A model generated the notes under the pieces. That model did not search any database, had not been told where the DNA came from, and saw only the letters and a program-made list of their open reading frames with translations. Below, piece by piece: positions 1 through 14,386 of a stretch of 64,000 nt of DNA. The position numbers and the translations under genes are program-made. The stretch is from Prasinococcaceae sp. CCMP 1430 (lineage: Eukaryota > Plantae > Prasinodermophyta), in NCBI GenBank assembly GCA_013416795.1, contig RQSC01000028.1:689105-753104 (forward strand). Direction: 5' to 3'. The number at the start of each line of letters is the position of its first letter. Within the stretch, counting starts at the first letter, position 1.

Positions 1-45
1 GCGCATGCGCACGCGCACGCGCACGCGCGCTCACGCACGCGCCAG

Positions 46-1711
46 CCCAAGTGCCCGCGCGCGCCGGCGAAGGCGAGGGGCTTCGCCGTCGAGGCGGTCG
101 GCGACGGCGCAACCGCGCCGCCGGCGCTCGGCGCGTCGTATCGCACCGCGCTCGCAGCGGACGTGCGCCTCGGCGATGGCGGCAGGTACGCATGAGCGTA
201 CGCGCACACGCGCAGTGGCACTCACAAACACACGCACACGCACGCACGCGCGCACACGCACGCTGACGCGGCCCCTCTTCTCTCTGTCGCGCCCTCTCCC
301 CCCTTCCTCGTCGCGCGATGCGCTCTCTCTCTCTCTCTCTCGCAGCGCGCCCGACGGCGTGGTGCTGAGCGGCTGGCTGTCCTCCGTGCGCCGCTTCGGC
401 GGCGTGGCGTTCGCGCGGCTGCGCGACGCGTCGGGCGAGCTGCAGCTGGTGGCGGACGCGAGGGGGACGTCAGGGGGCGGCGAGGGCGCCCTGGCCGCGC
501 TGGCGGGCGCGCCCGAGGAGAGCGCCGTGCGCGTGCGTGGCGCAGTGCGCTTGCGCCCCCCCGCCGAGGCGCGGCCCGAGGAGGGCCCCGCGGGGGAGCT
601 CGAGCTCGCCGTGCACGACGTCGAGGTGCTCAACGCGGCGGTCACGCCGCTGCCCATCCCCGTGGGCGCCAGCCGCCCCGCGGCGTCCGCCGGCCGCGAG
701 GCGGCACTGCGGTGGCGCCACCTCGAGCTGCGCGGCAGCGCCGCCTTGCGGCGCAACCTGCGCACGCGCNNNNNNNNNNNNNNNNNNNNNNNNNNNNNNN
801 NNNNNNNNNNNNNNNNNNNNNNNNNNNNNNNNNNNNNNNNNNNNNNNNNNNNNNNNNNNNNNNNNNNNNNNNNNNNNNNNNNNNNNNNNNNNNNNNNNNN
901 NNNNNNNNNNNNNNNNNNNNNNNNNNNNNNNNNNNNNNNNNNNNNNNNNNNNNNNNNNNNNNNNNNNNNNNNNNNNNNNNNNNNNNNNNNNNNNNNGCTG
1001 GTGCTCGCGGCGGCTCCCGACGCGCGCGAGGCCGCCGCCCGGCTCGCGCGCGCGCGCGAGGCGCTGCAGGGCGCCCTGCGGAGCGCGGGGCACACGCTGG
1101 TTCCCCCCGAGCGCGCGGGGTACGAGTTCGTGTTCGTGACCGACTTCCCGTTATTCGAGCGCGCGGGCGACGTGCGGGGCGGCGAGGGGGGGCCTGAGGG
1201 GGGTGCCGGTGTGTCCCCAGCGCACCACCCCTTCACTGCTCCCGCACCCGGCCACGAGGGGGCGCTGCTGGCGGCGCTGCGCGACGCCGACGCAGAGGCG
1301 CTGCTGCGCGTGCCCTCACAGGCGTACGACCTCGTGTGCAACGGCGTGGAGCTCGGCGGCGGCTCGGTGCGCATCCACGACGCCGGCATGCAGCGTGCTG
1401 TGCTGCGCGGCGCGCTGGGCCTCGACGCGGCGGCGCAGGAGGCCTCCTTCGGCCACCTGCTCGCTGCGCTGTCGCACGGCTGCCCACCACACGCCGGCGC
1501 GGCGCTGGGACTCGACCGCGCAGTGGCGCTCCTCGCGGGGGGGCCGCGGGGCGCGTCGGCGCCCATCCGCGACGCCATCGCCTTTCCCAAGTCGGTGGCG
1601 GGCAACGAGCCGCTCACGGGGGCGCCGGCGATCGCCAGCGCCGAGGCGCTCGCTGAGTACGGCGTGCGCACCCTGGGCGGTGGAGGGGCGGACGACGCGC
1701 CGGGGGGCTGA
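46..1711 (+). CDS. aspS: Aspartyl-tRNA synthetase, bacterial/organellar type (5'-partial; intron 186-345; gap 770-997)
   Basis: YRTALAADVRLGDGG spliced to SAPDGVVLSGWLSSVRRFGGVAF (OB-fold); motifs FVTDFPLFE, HHPFTAP, AYDLVCNGVELGGGSVRIHD, GCPPHAGAALGLDR, IRDAIAFPK; stop 1709-1711. Confidence 0.95.
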
Positions 1712-1802
1712 GGGAGAGCGCGCGCGCATTTGCTTATAATATTGCTCGCATCTCGCCGAAAGCGCGCGCTGTCTAAACCTTCTTCAAGTGAAGTCACAGC
1801 AA

Positions 1803-4408
1803 CTACTTGTCGAGCTTGACGAGGAAGCGCTGGTTGAGGAGGGCGATGAAGTTGAAGACGACGGTGAAGAGCGCCATGATGCCGATGGCCCACCACTTGA
1901 GCGCGTCGTTGATGTTGTAGATGTTCTTGATGCCGTTGGGGATCACCTCTCCGGTGACCTCGTCGAGACAGAGCTCGGGAAAGGCCTCCTGCTCGCGCTC
2001 CTGGAAGCAGTCCCATGGGTACCCCGAGAAGTTCTCGAAGACCTCCGTCGCGATGGCGATGAAGGCGTAGTACGCCGACGACAGGTACTGGATCCAAATT
2101 ATCCAGTCAGGGCTCGACGTCGAGTTGGCGGTGAAGCCGTTGAAAAGGAACACGATCGTCAGCACGGCGCTCGCCAGCGTGTTGGCGACCTCGTGCGAGG
2201 CCGACATCGTGGCCAGCCACGCCATGATCGCGTCGAGCGAGAAGTAGGCGACGCCCAGCGCCAGCCAAAAGAACGGGAACGTGGAGGCGTCGAAGCCCGC
2301 CATCATGAAGGACGTGATCGCGAAGATGAACACGCCGGTCTGGCCGACGAGCGAGCGCACGACGAACTTTGCGAACATGTAGGGGACCACGCTGTACAGT
2401 CCCTCCTCGTGCTCGTTGAGGTACACCACTCGATCATTGATGAGCACCGGCAGGTTGGCGAAGCTTAGCAGGGCGCCGGTCGTGATGCTGATGTACAGGA
2501 AGCTCACCTGCAAGCGCGCGCAAAAATACCTTGCGGCGTCAGCCCTACTACTTGTATGCTCAGCGGACGGAGGCGGCGCCGGGCTGCAATGCTGTCAGAG
2601 GGCTCGACTGCTACTACACTCATCTAGGCACTGACCTGAAATTGCACGAAATCCGTGGCGAAGCCGTCCTCGCCAGTCTTGCCGCGGATGCCCAGGAAGA
2701 GCGCGCCGATGAGGAAGCCCAGGAAGAGGCCGTTGGACACCACCACCACCAGCTCCGCCCAGTTGCGCCGGAGCAGCCTGAATTCGCGTGAGAGCAGCAT
2801 GCGAGTCTGGAAGAGGGCTCCTTGCGGTTGCCGCTGAGAGCGGGGGAGCGCACGCAGTGCGGCCTTCTGCTCGGCGATTATCTCGCTGAAGGGGCGCAGC
2901 GGCGGCGGCGAAGCGGCGGCATCAGCAGCGGCCTCCTCACCCGCCTCGCCGTCCTCTTTGTCGACCTCGTGTTCGGCGCCACCGTTCGTGTCTCCGCCTT
3001 CCTCCGAGTCGCGGTCATCTCGGGGGCTGATCTCGGCATCAGGCCTCTCTTCGGCGGTGTCGCCGCCATTTGCATTCTCCTCATTCTGAACCTCCGCCTG
3101 CTTCTCCTCGTACAACGCAGTGAGGGCGTCGGGATCTGCGCCCTCCACGCCTTCCGTGAGCATGTCGAGATAGTAGTCGGCCGGGTTGACGCCCACGGGC
3201 ATGCTCACGCCCAATGCGTGCTCAAAGTGCTCGCTCGCGCCCTCGCGCGGGCCAAAGTAGGCGACGCGGCCTTCGGCCATCAGCAGGAGCGTGTCGAAGA
3301 GCCTGAAGGTGCTCGCCTTGGGTTGGTGAATCACCATAATGATCGAAATGTTGAAAGAGTCGACCATGAGGCGACACGCCTGCACGACACGCTCCGAGTC
3401 CGAGGCAGACAGCCCGCTCGTCGGCTCGTCCATGAACATGATCGTGGGGTCCGACACGACGCCTTTGCAAAGGGTGAGGCGCCGTCTCTGCCCACCACTT
3501 ATGCCACGCACCAGTGCGCCACCGACGTAGCTGTCCGCAACCTTCGAGAGTCCCACGGCGTCCAGCACCGCGCCAATGTCGCGCTGGCGCATGACCTCGC
3601 CCTCTTGCCGAGTGCCGAGCATGCCGTAGTACCGATTTTTCATGCGGGTGACGAACTCAAGCTCTTCGCGCACGGTCGAGAGCGCATGGCCGTAGTCGCC
3701 CTGCGGCACGTAGGCCGTAATACGGCGAAAGTCCTTGTCGCTGAGCACCTCGCCGTTGACAGTGACCTCGCCCTCGTACGGTGCCGTCTTCTTGCGCGCG
3801 ATGCAGTCAAGCAGCGTCGTCTTGCCGCAGCCGGATGGTCCCATGAGCGCCACCATCGACGCGGGCGCGAACGTGCCGCTGCATTTGTGCAGCAGCACGC
3901 GTTCTTGCGTGGGATCCTCGCGGTCCTGGACGGTGAAGCGCACGTCCGAGAAACGCACCTCGGCGCGCGGCGTCTCGATGCCGCGCCGCTCAACGAGGTC
4001 CTTTATCTTCGCCAAGTAGGCCTCGGTCGGTTCGCCGGGCTCGTGGCGAGGGAGCGAACTGGGCTTGCCGTCCTTGTTCTTCAAGGTGCTGGTCGCCTCC
4101 TTGTCCACCTTGTGGCGCTTGAGCCTACTAGAGAACCACCTCTTGCGCTTGCTATATCTGCGCTTGTATCCCACCCACCAGCGCAGCGCGAGCGACACCA
4201 GGTTGTCCTCAGAGGGCTCGGGGAGCGACGGCCCGTCATCGGCCCCAGCACCGTCAGTGCCCCCTTCCTCCGCATTGTCATTGCCGGCCAGCCCCGCAAG
4301 GTTCGCCGTGGAGCCCGACGTATCACCCCAGGCGTCCGACACGAAGACATGCCCCCGTGCGTGGCCCTCGTATGGGTTTGCACGCCGCGGCACGCCGGGT
4401 GCCGCCAT
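1803..4408 (-). CDS. ABCG (White/BCRP-type) half transporter; intron 2508-2635
   Basis: Walker A GPSGCGKTT, signature ISGGQRRR, Walker B MFMDEPTSGL, IHQP; NBD before ABC2 membrane domain; GT-AG intron joins FVQFQ|VSFLY in frame. Confidence 0.95.
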
Positions 4409-4756
4409 CGGCGCCGCGCGGCGGCGGCGCGAAGCGCGGCTCTGGCGCGGTGACAGAGAGGGTCGCGCGCGCCGCGGTGTCGCCCCCACGCGCGCGCGCG
4501 CCGCGCGCGCTGTGGCGCGCGTGCGTGGAAATGCCCTCAGCCCCTTTTTTGCAAGGGTGTTAGCGTATGCGCCATTATATTTGTCTGGGCGCCAATGTTG
4601 TAGCCCTGCGCATTGTCACAGGCTCACAGCGCCCCGCCCGGGGGCACACAGCGCGCGCGCGGCGGGACTGGGCGTCCCCGCCACGCGCAGCCCGAGGCCG
4701 CGTGCGTGCTCCCGCCCAGCGTCGCGTTGAGCCGCTGGGACCGTCGCAAGCAAGCG

Positions 4757-6455
4757 ATGCGCGCGCGCTGGCAGCCGGGTCGCGCGCTGCGCGCGAGAGA
4801 GCGCAGCAGCAGGGTGCATGCAGTAAGGCTCGCTGTCCTCGCCGCCGGCGTCGTCGTCGCAGCCTGCGGGGGATTGTCGAAGGCGGCGCCCGAAGCCGCG
4901 CCCCTGCCGCGCAGCGGCGTGACGTGGGTGCGCGACGCCGCGCCGCTACGCAAAGGCATGGCTGAGGAGGCCTTGGTCTGGGGCGACGATGAGAATGGAG
5001 AGGACGGCGACGCGCACGAGGAGGCCGTGTCCCATACCGCCGCGCAGCCGTCGCCGCCCCGGCGCCGCTGGACGCTCACGTCGCGGTCGATCGCGGTGTG
5101 GCCGCCCGTTTACCACCTACACGTGCCCAAGACTGGCGGTGCCTCGTTCTGGTCTGACTGGCGCAGGCTGGTCTCCGGTAAGAGCGCGTTGACCGTCAAC
5201 GGCGGGCGCAGGGTGCCGCGGCTTGGAGGATCGTGTAACTTGACCCCGCTGGGCCCGCCGCCAGACCACCAGCTGTGGGACAAGGAGGGGATAGAGTCGA
5301 TGAGCGCGTGCGCGTACTTCACCCACGAGGCGGCTCTCGGCGCGGCACCGTCAGGCAGGGAGGCCGACGTGAATGCGGTAACTGGCACAGCGGCGGTGCG
5401 GCTCGCGTTGGGAGACGGGCGCGCGCGCATCTATACACTCGTGCGGGATCCCCTCTCGCACGTCGAGAGCCAGTGGGGGCACTGTTACAGGAAGAATCAC
5501 AATCGTGCAATGGAATGCGCGCGGCTCGATCGCGAGGCTGCGCAGGAAAATGGAGGCAACTTTACCCACATCGTACCGTGCGGCCGTCAAAACGGCGGCA
5601 TCCCCGCCACAGCCGCGGAGTGGGTGATGCGCTGGCGCGACGTCAAGCGCAGCGAGGAGGCAAATCACAAGACACCGCCCGATCTGTATCGCGTAGATGG
5701 TGTAGGCTTGAACGCGCACGACCCGACCGGGAGCCACTGCTACCGCCCCATCGACATGCAGACGCTGCGTTTCGGCATTGAAGTTGGCGCTGCCGTGGCA
5801 CCCACATCTGACGGCGCCGATGCCCTTGCCCGGATGGGCGAAGATGACGATAGTGCGACAGCGGCAGCAAACGAGGGCGCGGAAGCTCTGCGGCGCGCGG
5901 GCTTCGTCATCGGGCTCTTAGACGAGTATCCGCGAAGCCTGTGCCTGCTCACGCTGGAGGCATTTGGCGTGTTGCTAGACGCGTGCAATTGCACCGGCCG
6001 AAACGTGCGTACGCAGCAGCCAAGCGAGCGCGTGCGTCGCGCCCTCTTTCGTGCCCGGTGGATGTGCGTTCTGCAAGTGTCGCTGACGCGTATGGAGGGA
6101 CGGTGCGCGCATACACACTCGCACACGATGGTGACGGCGGTGGAACTTCGCCTGGCACACCAAGCCCGAGGTGTCCGCGGACGACGGCGAGGCGGCGCTC
6201 GCATCGGCTCTGGGCGCGCACCACGAAGCGCACCTCCATAGCAAGAGCTGGGAGTCCGACGACGCGTTGGCGCTCCTGCATGACGACGTCAAGCTCCGCG
6301 CCGCGCTCGCGGCAGAGCGCGGGGCGACGGCCGAGACCGAGGCCGCCGCGCGAGAGATCACACGCCGCGATGCCGCCCTGTACGCCGCCGCCAAGGAGCT
6401 GTTCAGGAGGCAGCTGCACGAGACGCAGGCGCGCCACGACTTTACGATGTGCTAG
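4757..6455 (+). CDS. Membrane-anchored sulfotransferase-like protein; probable intron from 6005 to 6164 or 6170
   Basis: N-terminal hydrophobic anchor; 5'-PSB motif YHLHVPKTGGASF; 3'-PB motif TLVRDPLSHVES; C-terminal DAALYAAAKELF in a second frame reached through a phase-0 GTGCGT donor. Confidence 0.75.
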
Positions 6456-6542
6456 CTAGCTAATGTTGCAATCATGAGTAAGGGGTGTGCCTGGTAAAAC
6501 ATCTGATGAGCTCGTGCTGGCATGCGCACGTCATTCGCAGCC

Positions 6543-8199
6543 TTAAAGGTCGAGCGGCTCGTCGAGCGCGAAGCGCCTACACATTCCCGCCGGCTCGCAC
6601 CAAGAGAGGCAGCGGCGGGGCGGGGCGGGGCGGGGCGGCCAGGGCTGTCAGCGCTCCAGTGCAGCATTGTGTGTGCGATCCTCTGCGGCAGGGCAGTTGG
6701 GGGGACGCCCGATCAAGGCGCACGCGTGCAGAGGTGGGCGCACTGGCGTACGAAGAGCACGTGAGGCACGGAGCCGATGGTCCATAGACCGCCTCTTAAC
6801 GCGTATGCGGACCACGCACGTACCGATTGGCGCAAAATTGGGGGACCTGCCTGAACTTGGTCGCCTACGCGCGACCAGCGCCGGCGGGCGCGTCGGTCCG
6901 AGGCGCGCACGGAAGGCGTGTCAGTGTCGGGCGTGTTCGCGCGCGCGCGCGCGCGTGCCGGCGCACCTGCATGAGCTCGCCGCTTTCTCCACGGGCGATC
7001 CCGTGCACGCACCTTGAGGCGGTGGCGAATGAAGCCCATGATCTCGCTCCACGACGCGCACCCCTCCTTGACGGCCTCGACAAAGCACCACGTGCACGCG
7101 CCCGTGGCCTCCTTAGTACCCGAAAGGGCGCGGGTGTCGGCGCTCGTCTGCGCGTCGGACGATCCGCTGAGGCAGACGACGAGGCCGCCAACGGCGTCCT
7201 CGGGTGGCGCGGCGAAGGCGTTGCGCGGCGCGAGGCACATCGCGCAGAGCATGGCGCGCACGCTGCCCGTGCGCTCGGTCACCTGCGTCGCCGGGATGGG
7301 CCGCGCGCGCGTGCGTGCGTTTTCCCGTGTGAGTGCAGAGAAAGTGTCGCGCGCGCACAGACGACGACGCAATAGCACGCACTGCTGGCATGTGCTCTCC
7401 TCCTCTCTCTCGCGCGCGGGCACGCGAGCACTTGGGCACGCGCGAACGCACCGCGAGCGAACGTGCGTCCTCGGTCACCCACAGCCAGTTGCCCGCGGGG
7501 TCGGCGCCGCGGCACAGGAAGGGCAAGTCGAGCACCGTGCCGGAGTGGCACGCGTCGACCACCGCCGTGAGCTTCGCCCCCGCGGCGCGCGCCGGCTCGA
7601 CGAGCAACGCGTCCATCTCGTCGTCGATGATCTGGTTCTTGCCGCCGTTGTGGTCGACGGGGATGAGCGTCGAGTCGTACCTATAGTCGGGCGCGCACGC
7701 GTGCGCGCGGGCGGGTGCGGGAGTCAGCGTGCGTGCGTGAAATGATGACATTTTCGGGCACGGGCGATTGAGCGCGCGCGTCCGCGCCCGCCTCCGCGTG
7801 CCTCTGCGCTCTGCCGTCGCCCAACGCGGCGGCAACGTCAGCCCCCCGAACCCCCATGAGACCGCATCTCACTCACCCCGTTCTCTCCGCGCCCGTGTAG
7901 TTGACGCTCCTGCCGCCGTGTCCGCTGTAGTGGAAGAACAGGCTGTCGCCCGCGCCCGCGCCCTCGACGAGGCGCCTGCACGCCGCCTCGATGTTGGCGC
8001 GCGTGGGCACCGACGCGCCGCCGCCGCTGAAGGCGCGGCCGGGCTCGTCGGTGAGCACCTCGATGTCCTCGGGCTTGAAGCCCAGCGAGCGCAGCGCGGC
8101 GCTCATCAGCTTGGTGTCGTTGACGCAGCCGCCCAGCTGCGCGCCCGTGCCGTAGTAGTTGATGCCGATGCACAGCGCCCTGCGTCGGCGGGCGGCCAT
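6543..8199 (-). CDS. MCA: Type I metacaspase, 5 exons (8199-7877, 7680-about 7452, 7282-7013, 6864-6824, 6576-6543)
   Basis: ALCIGINY, LGGCVND, catalytic FHYSGHG and DACHSG, LSGSSDAQTSAD, KFRQVPQ, RFALDEPLDL*; phases compatible at all junctions. Confidence 0.93.
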
Positions 8200-8383
8200 G
8201 GCCGGCGGCGCGCCGCGCCCTCGCCCAAGCCCCACGCCCAGCGCGCGCGGTGTGCCGCCGCCGCGTCCAACCACCCCCCCTCCCCTCCCCCCGCCTCGCG
8301 CGCGGGTGTTGGCCTCCACCAATGCCGGGCGCGCATTGATTGCTACTGGCCGACTACGAATTTTCATCACTCGCATTTAGGGT

Positions 8384-8610
8384 ATGAGATTGAAAAGGGT
8401 TTATTTTGTGGTCAACGTGGTGCCGAGGGTCGGCACCACCATGGACGTTGGCGACACGGACGTCGTGCACGCGGAGCAGCAGTTCACGCCGGTGGACACA
8501 GCGGGCATCGGGAAGAGGGCGAGGGTGGCCAAGGCCAAGGGCGACGCCGCGCTGGGCGGTGGTGGGCTGGGCGTGGACCCCGAGCTTGAGGAGGAGAGGC
8601 GCAGCGGCGG
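8384..8610 (+). other. Unassigned coding-like segment (first exon or gene fragment) before gap 8712-8858
   Basis: GC3-rich codons VNVVPRVGTTMDVGDTDVVHAEQQFTPVD...; no recognised family. Confidence 0.3.
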
Positions 8611-9042
8611 GCGGCGGGGGCGAGCGAGGAGGACAGGGCAGCGCAGGGGGGTCTGCGCGCGGGCGGAGCGCAGCGGAGGGAGGGCGCGCGCGGCCGGGGC
8701 GCCCTCGCCGCNNNNNNNNNNNNNNNNNNNNNNNNNNNNNNNNNNNNNNNNNNNNNNNNNNNNNNNNNNNNNNNNNNNNNNNNNNNNNNNNNNNNNNNNN
8801 NNNNNNNNNNNNNNNNNNNNNNNNNNNNNNNNNNNNNNNNNNNNNNNNNNNNNNNNNNGCGCGCGGCCAGGGCGGGGCGCTGCTCCGCGCGAGCGCGCCC
8901 GCCCGCGCGCCAGCCGCGCGCCAAGCTGGCCAGAAGCTTCTCATACAGCGCTCGGCCAGAAGCTTCTTGGTGGCCGCCGATCCCCCTCGCTCACTCAGAA
9001 CACAGCCTGCGCACAGCACTCACTGTACGCGCGCACATGCGG

Positions 9043-9300
9043 GCGTGTTCCTCGCCAGCTCGCGCGACTGCGCTCCGGGCCAGAGGGTACGCACACGGGC
9101 AGTCACCTGCACTCGACAACACGATCTTTTCCGTGCGCGCGTGTTCCTCGCCGGCGCGCGCGACTGCGCTCCGGGCCAAGGGGCACAGGCAGTCGCGACG
9201 CTCGACGAGCGCGCATGCCTCACCAGCTCACCAGCCTGGCGGCTGCGCTCCGGCCGGCCGGGCCAAAGGGCCAAAGGGCCAAAGGGCACAGGCGGTCGGC
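9043..9300. repeat. Degenerate ~95-bp tandem repeat (about 2.5 units) with GGCCAAAG microrepeat
   Basis: GCGTGTTCCTCGCC..CGCGCGACTGCGCTCCGGGCCA at about 9043 and 9138; partial third copy at about 9243. Confidence 0.8.
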
Positions 9301-9432
9301 AGCTTCCGGCCGGTACACTCCGTCAGTTCGCAGAGCGCGGCACGCCGTAGCACACCATAGCACAGCGCGCGCGCACGCGCGGCACGCGCCGCAAAGACGG
9401 TTTCATCCCCCAGCCGGCGGCAGCCGCCGTTC

Positions 9433-9465
9433 GTCCGAATTCGGTTGGTTCATCCGAATTCGGAC
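9433..9465. repeat. Perfect 12-bp inverted repeat with 9-nt spacer
   Basis: GTCCGAATTCGG-TTGGTTCAT-CCGAATTCGGAC. Confidence 0.9.
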
Positions 9466-9964
9466 CACTCATTCGTTCGCGCCCGACCAAATCTGCCAGA
9501 AAAGGGAACGAAATGGCAATTGAAAATCGCGCCATGACGCCAAATCGAATTGGGACGTGCGCATAATACGGATTGTACGGAAGGTGAATTGACTTGAATT
9601 CCGTTGGGTGCTCGCCGGCGCCGTCCGTCGGGGAACGCGAAAGAATCCCCGCGGCCAACTTTGAGGTAAGATTTATGAGGGTCTATATGAGCGCGCAGAC
9701 GCGTGCGTTTTGACGTCGCGTCGGGTCGCGAGTTCGACGCGCGGGTTGAGGTTTCGCGCGGTTCCCCGACGACGGTTCCCCGAGCGCGCGTCGCGTCGCG
9801 TCGCGCGCGTCGCGCCACGTCGCGCCGGCTGGCGNNNNNNNNNNNNNNNNNNNNNNNNNNNNNNNNNNNNNNNNNNNNNNNNNNNNNNNNNNNNNNNNNN
9901 NNNNNNNNNNNNNNNNNNNNNNNNNNNNNNNNNNNNNNNNNNNNNNNNNNNNNNNNNGGGGGGG

Positions 9965-11955
9965 ATGGGGAGGCCAGGGGGCGCGGACATGCCGTTCCCC
10001 GGTTTCAACCAACCGCCGCAACCCACGGCGGAGGCGGCGCCGCGCGAGCAGCGCGCCTCGGACGACTTGGGGGACTACGACTGCGACGACGCGGTCTCGC
10101 TCTCGCCGATGCCATCACCAGTGGTGCCCCGGCGGCGCGTGCCGGTTGCGCATGGAGTGCTCGACGCACAGGGGCTCTCGGTTGTGGCGCCCGCCGACGT
10201 CGCAGTCGACGTGAAACAGCTGCGCCACAGCAGCGCGAGCAGCCTGGCCGCCACCCTGATGTTGGACGCGTCAAAGGCGCGCTACAGCAACGCGAGCAGC
10301 CTAGCCATCGCCTTATTCGGCGTGCCGGAGCCGCGCGACACCAGCGACATGACGCACGACGAGCGGGTTGCCGAGAAGCGTGCCGCGGCCGACGCGCTGT
10401 GGGCGGCAATCGCCGATACGGTGCTCCTGCAATTCGCCGCCGACGCGGGCGGGGCGGCCGCGGTGGAGCTGTGGGCGCCGCTGCCAGACAAGCGAATCTG
10501 CAACGTGCCAGACGAGAGTATGCACCTCGTCGCGCGGCACGTCCTCATGCACAGCTGCAGGAAGGCCGAGTCGACGGCTGCGATCGGCCAGACGGCCGAG
10601 ACATGGCCGCAGCCGACTGCGCCTGGCGTTGGCTACGCGGCCGTGCTCGCGGAGGAGGACTGGCGCGGCGCGGGAGCCCTCGAGTGGAAGACGCTCCACG
10701 AGCTCGCGAACGACCCCGAGCGCGAGGAAGACACGCGCGCGAAGGCGCTCGAGGGGGTGTACGACAGGGCGGCAGCAATCCGCCTCAGAAATGGGAACGG
10801 AGCGGTGCGTCGCGAGCGGCGAGCGAGCGCGAGCAGCGCGACCGGCGAATGAAGCGCCCATCGCCCCACGCACCAACAGCTGCGCGTGATAGCGCGGCGG
10901 TGGTGATGCGCACCTCCCGAGTCGCGCGCACTGCAAACAACGCCCCGCCGCGCCCCCCGCTGAAGCGCGCTGCCCGCCGCGCTCGCGGGCGCACTGCGCT
11001 AGTCGCGACCCCCTTCATGTGACTGACGTGCCACGCGCTCGGCGCTCGCCTTCTCAACCAGGTGGTACTCTTCTTGCCGCCGAAGGACGAAAACGACCCC
11101 AACCAGCCCGATCCACCATGCACGCGCAACTCGGCTGCGCCCTTCTTGCGCAACGCGGCCAACGTTCTCGCGGAGCTCATGGCGCTGCGCCTGAAGCGCG
11201 GGCAGTACCTGAACGCGCGCGCAAGCGAGGCCGCAAGGGCGTGGCGCGTCCTGCGAACGATCGTCAAATCCCATTTTGGCAAGCTCGGGAAGGCCTCGGA
11301 GGGCGGCGCCACCAGCGGGGTTTGCGACGAGGACCCGCACGGCAGCCAGCGCTTGGGCGCCTTCACATACTTTCTGGCCAAGTTCAAGGGCAGCGGCGGC
11401 AAGGCCGAACGTCGGGGCGTGCCCCGCATGGCCTGGTCGACCTTTCTTGGCGTGTTCTTGTTGCTGCTGCCGCTCAGCAGCGGCGACCGGCTCATCAACG
11501 AGGAGACGAGCGGCGAGTACGGCCTCCTGCTGGGCTCGATGGGCGCTCTGGCCACGCTGCTCTACTCGGCGCCCGCGTCGCCATTGGTGCAGCCGCGCAA
11601 CGTCTTTTACGGACACATGCTGAGTGCGATCGTCGGCATCCTTCTCAACTACCTCACCGAGAGCGCCGCAGGGGAGGGCGACGGCATGCCGCGGTACCTC
11701 ACGCAGGCCCTGAGCCCTGCGCTGGCCATCTCATTGATGCAGTACTTGGGCATCACGCACCCGCCGGCGGGTGCCGTCAGCCTCATCATGGTCACGTCGG
11801 GCAAGATGGTCGCGCTCGAATGGGCCGCGCTGGGGGCTCCCCTGCTCGTCATGATCACCTTCGCCGTGCTGATGGCCAGCGTCTGGAACAACGCGCAGCA
11901 GGGCAAGCAGTACCCCACCGGCTGGAACCTCAACCCGAAGCTCTTCCTGGCGTAG
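9965..11955 (+). CDS. HPP-family membrane protein (nitrite-transporter-like) with long soluble N-terminal region; intron 10805-11061; start uncertain (gap upstream)
   Basis: GSMGALATLLYSAPASPLVQPRNVFYGH and THPPAGAVSL; phase-0 GTGCGT...CAG intron joins ORFs 9710 and 11062. Confidence 0.88.
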
Positions 11956-12292
11956 GTACCTTCTTACAAACTATGTAGTGTTTTCCCCCAGCGAAGCCAC
12001 TGGCGGGCACCATAAAGACTACGAATGTATCAACTGTGGGTTGCACGCCCGCTTCCCGGGTACGCGCCTCGAGCTGGTGGCACGACCTTGCCGCGCGCGC
12101 GCACAACCAAACGCACACACGAGTGCGCACACACACTTGCGCACGCACACACTTGCACACAGACAAAGACATACAGAGACACCAACACGCGCACACGCGC
12201 GCACACACGCGCACGCGCGCGCACGCGCGCACGCGCGCCGCCGCTCGAGCCCCGGTCTGCGCTCGCGAAAGCGACACGTGCTCGTCTTCTTC

Positions 12293-13528
<1,236 letters not shown>

Positions 13529-14386
13529 CTGTGCGCGCGCGCGCGTGTTTGTGTGCGCGTGCGCGTGTGTGCGTGTGCGTGTGTGCGTGTGTGCGTGTGC
13601 GTGTGCGTGTGCGTGTGCGTGTGCGTGTGCGTGCGTGTGTGTGTACGAGTGCGAGTGCGCGTGCGTGTGCGTGTGTGTGTGTGTGAGAGAGAGAAAGAGA
13701 GAGCGGCGCAGCGAGTCCTGTCAGTGCCACATTGCGTGGGCGCTCGCGCGCTCGCGCGCGCGCGTGTAGGTTTGTGTGCGTGTGCTCGCACGCGCGGCCG
13801 CGCGCGCGCGCGCGCGGCCNCACACACCCACCCACCCACCCACCCACACACACACACGCTCACACACACCCACACACGCACACACACTCACACGCGCGCG
13901 CGCGCACACACACACACACGCGCACACACACACACACACGCGCTCGCACACACACACACACACACACATCGCGCGCGCGCGCGTGGCTGCACGCCAGCCC
14001 AGCCGCCAGCCGCACGTTGCGGATCGCCCCGCAACAAAAAGCGCGCCTTTTTTTTTTTGACGTCCGATCGGGTCCATTTTCGTGTGTCATGTGAAATGTG
14101 ATCAACATTAGCCACGGGCGCACACACGCGCGCACGCACACGCACGCACACGCACACGCACACGCACACACGCGCACACGCGCACACGCACACACACAGC
14201 GCGGGCTGGCGGCGCGCTGTCGACGACGCTGTGGCGTGCGAGTAGGCGGGGCGATGGGCGGCGGCGAATGGCGACGTCGCCGCGTGCGAAGGCGAAGGCG
14301 AAGGCGGCGGTGGGGGGGGGGGGGGGGGGGGGGGGGGGGGAAGGGGGAAGAACACACAAAAAAACCTTAGGCGGCCCTCGCTCTAG

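Noticed and set aside
6005-6170. Frameshift or pseudogene in the sulfotransferase
   Set aside because: A phase-0 GTGCGT donor with AG acceptors at 6164 or 6170 restores the frame
7283-7478. 9-bp direct repeat GTGACCGAG at the ends of metacaspase intron 2 as an Introner target-site duplication
   Set aside because: A consensus GTGCGT donor at 7451 in the same phase explains the intron without a duplication
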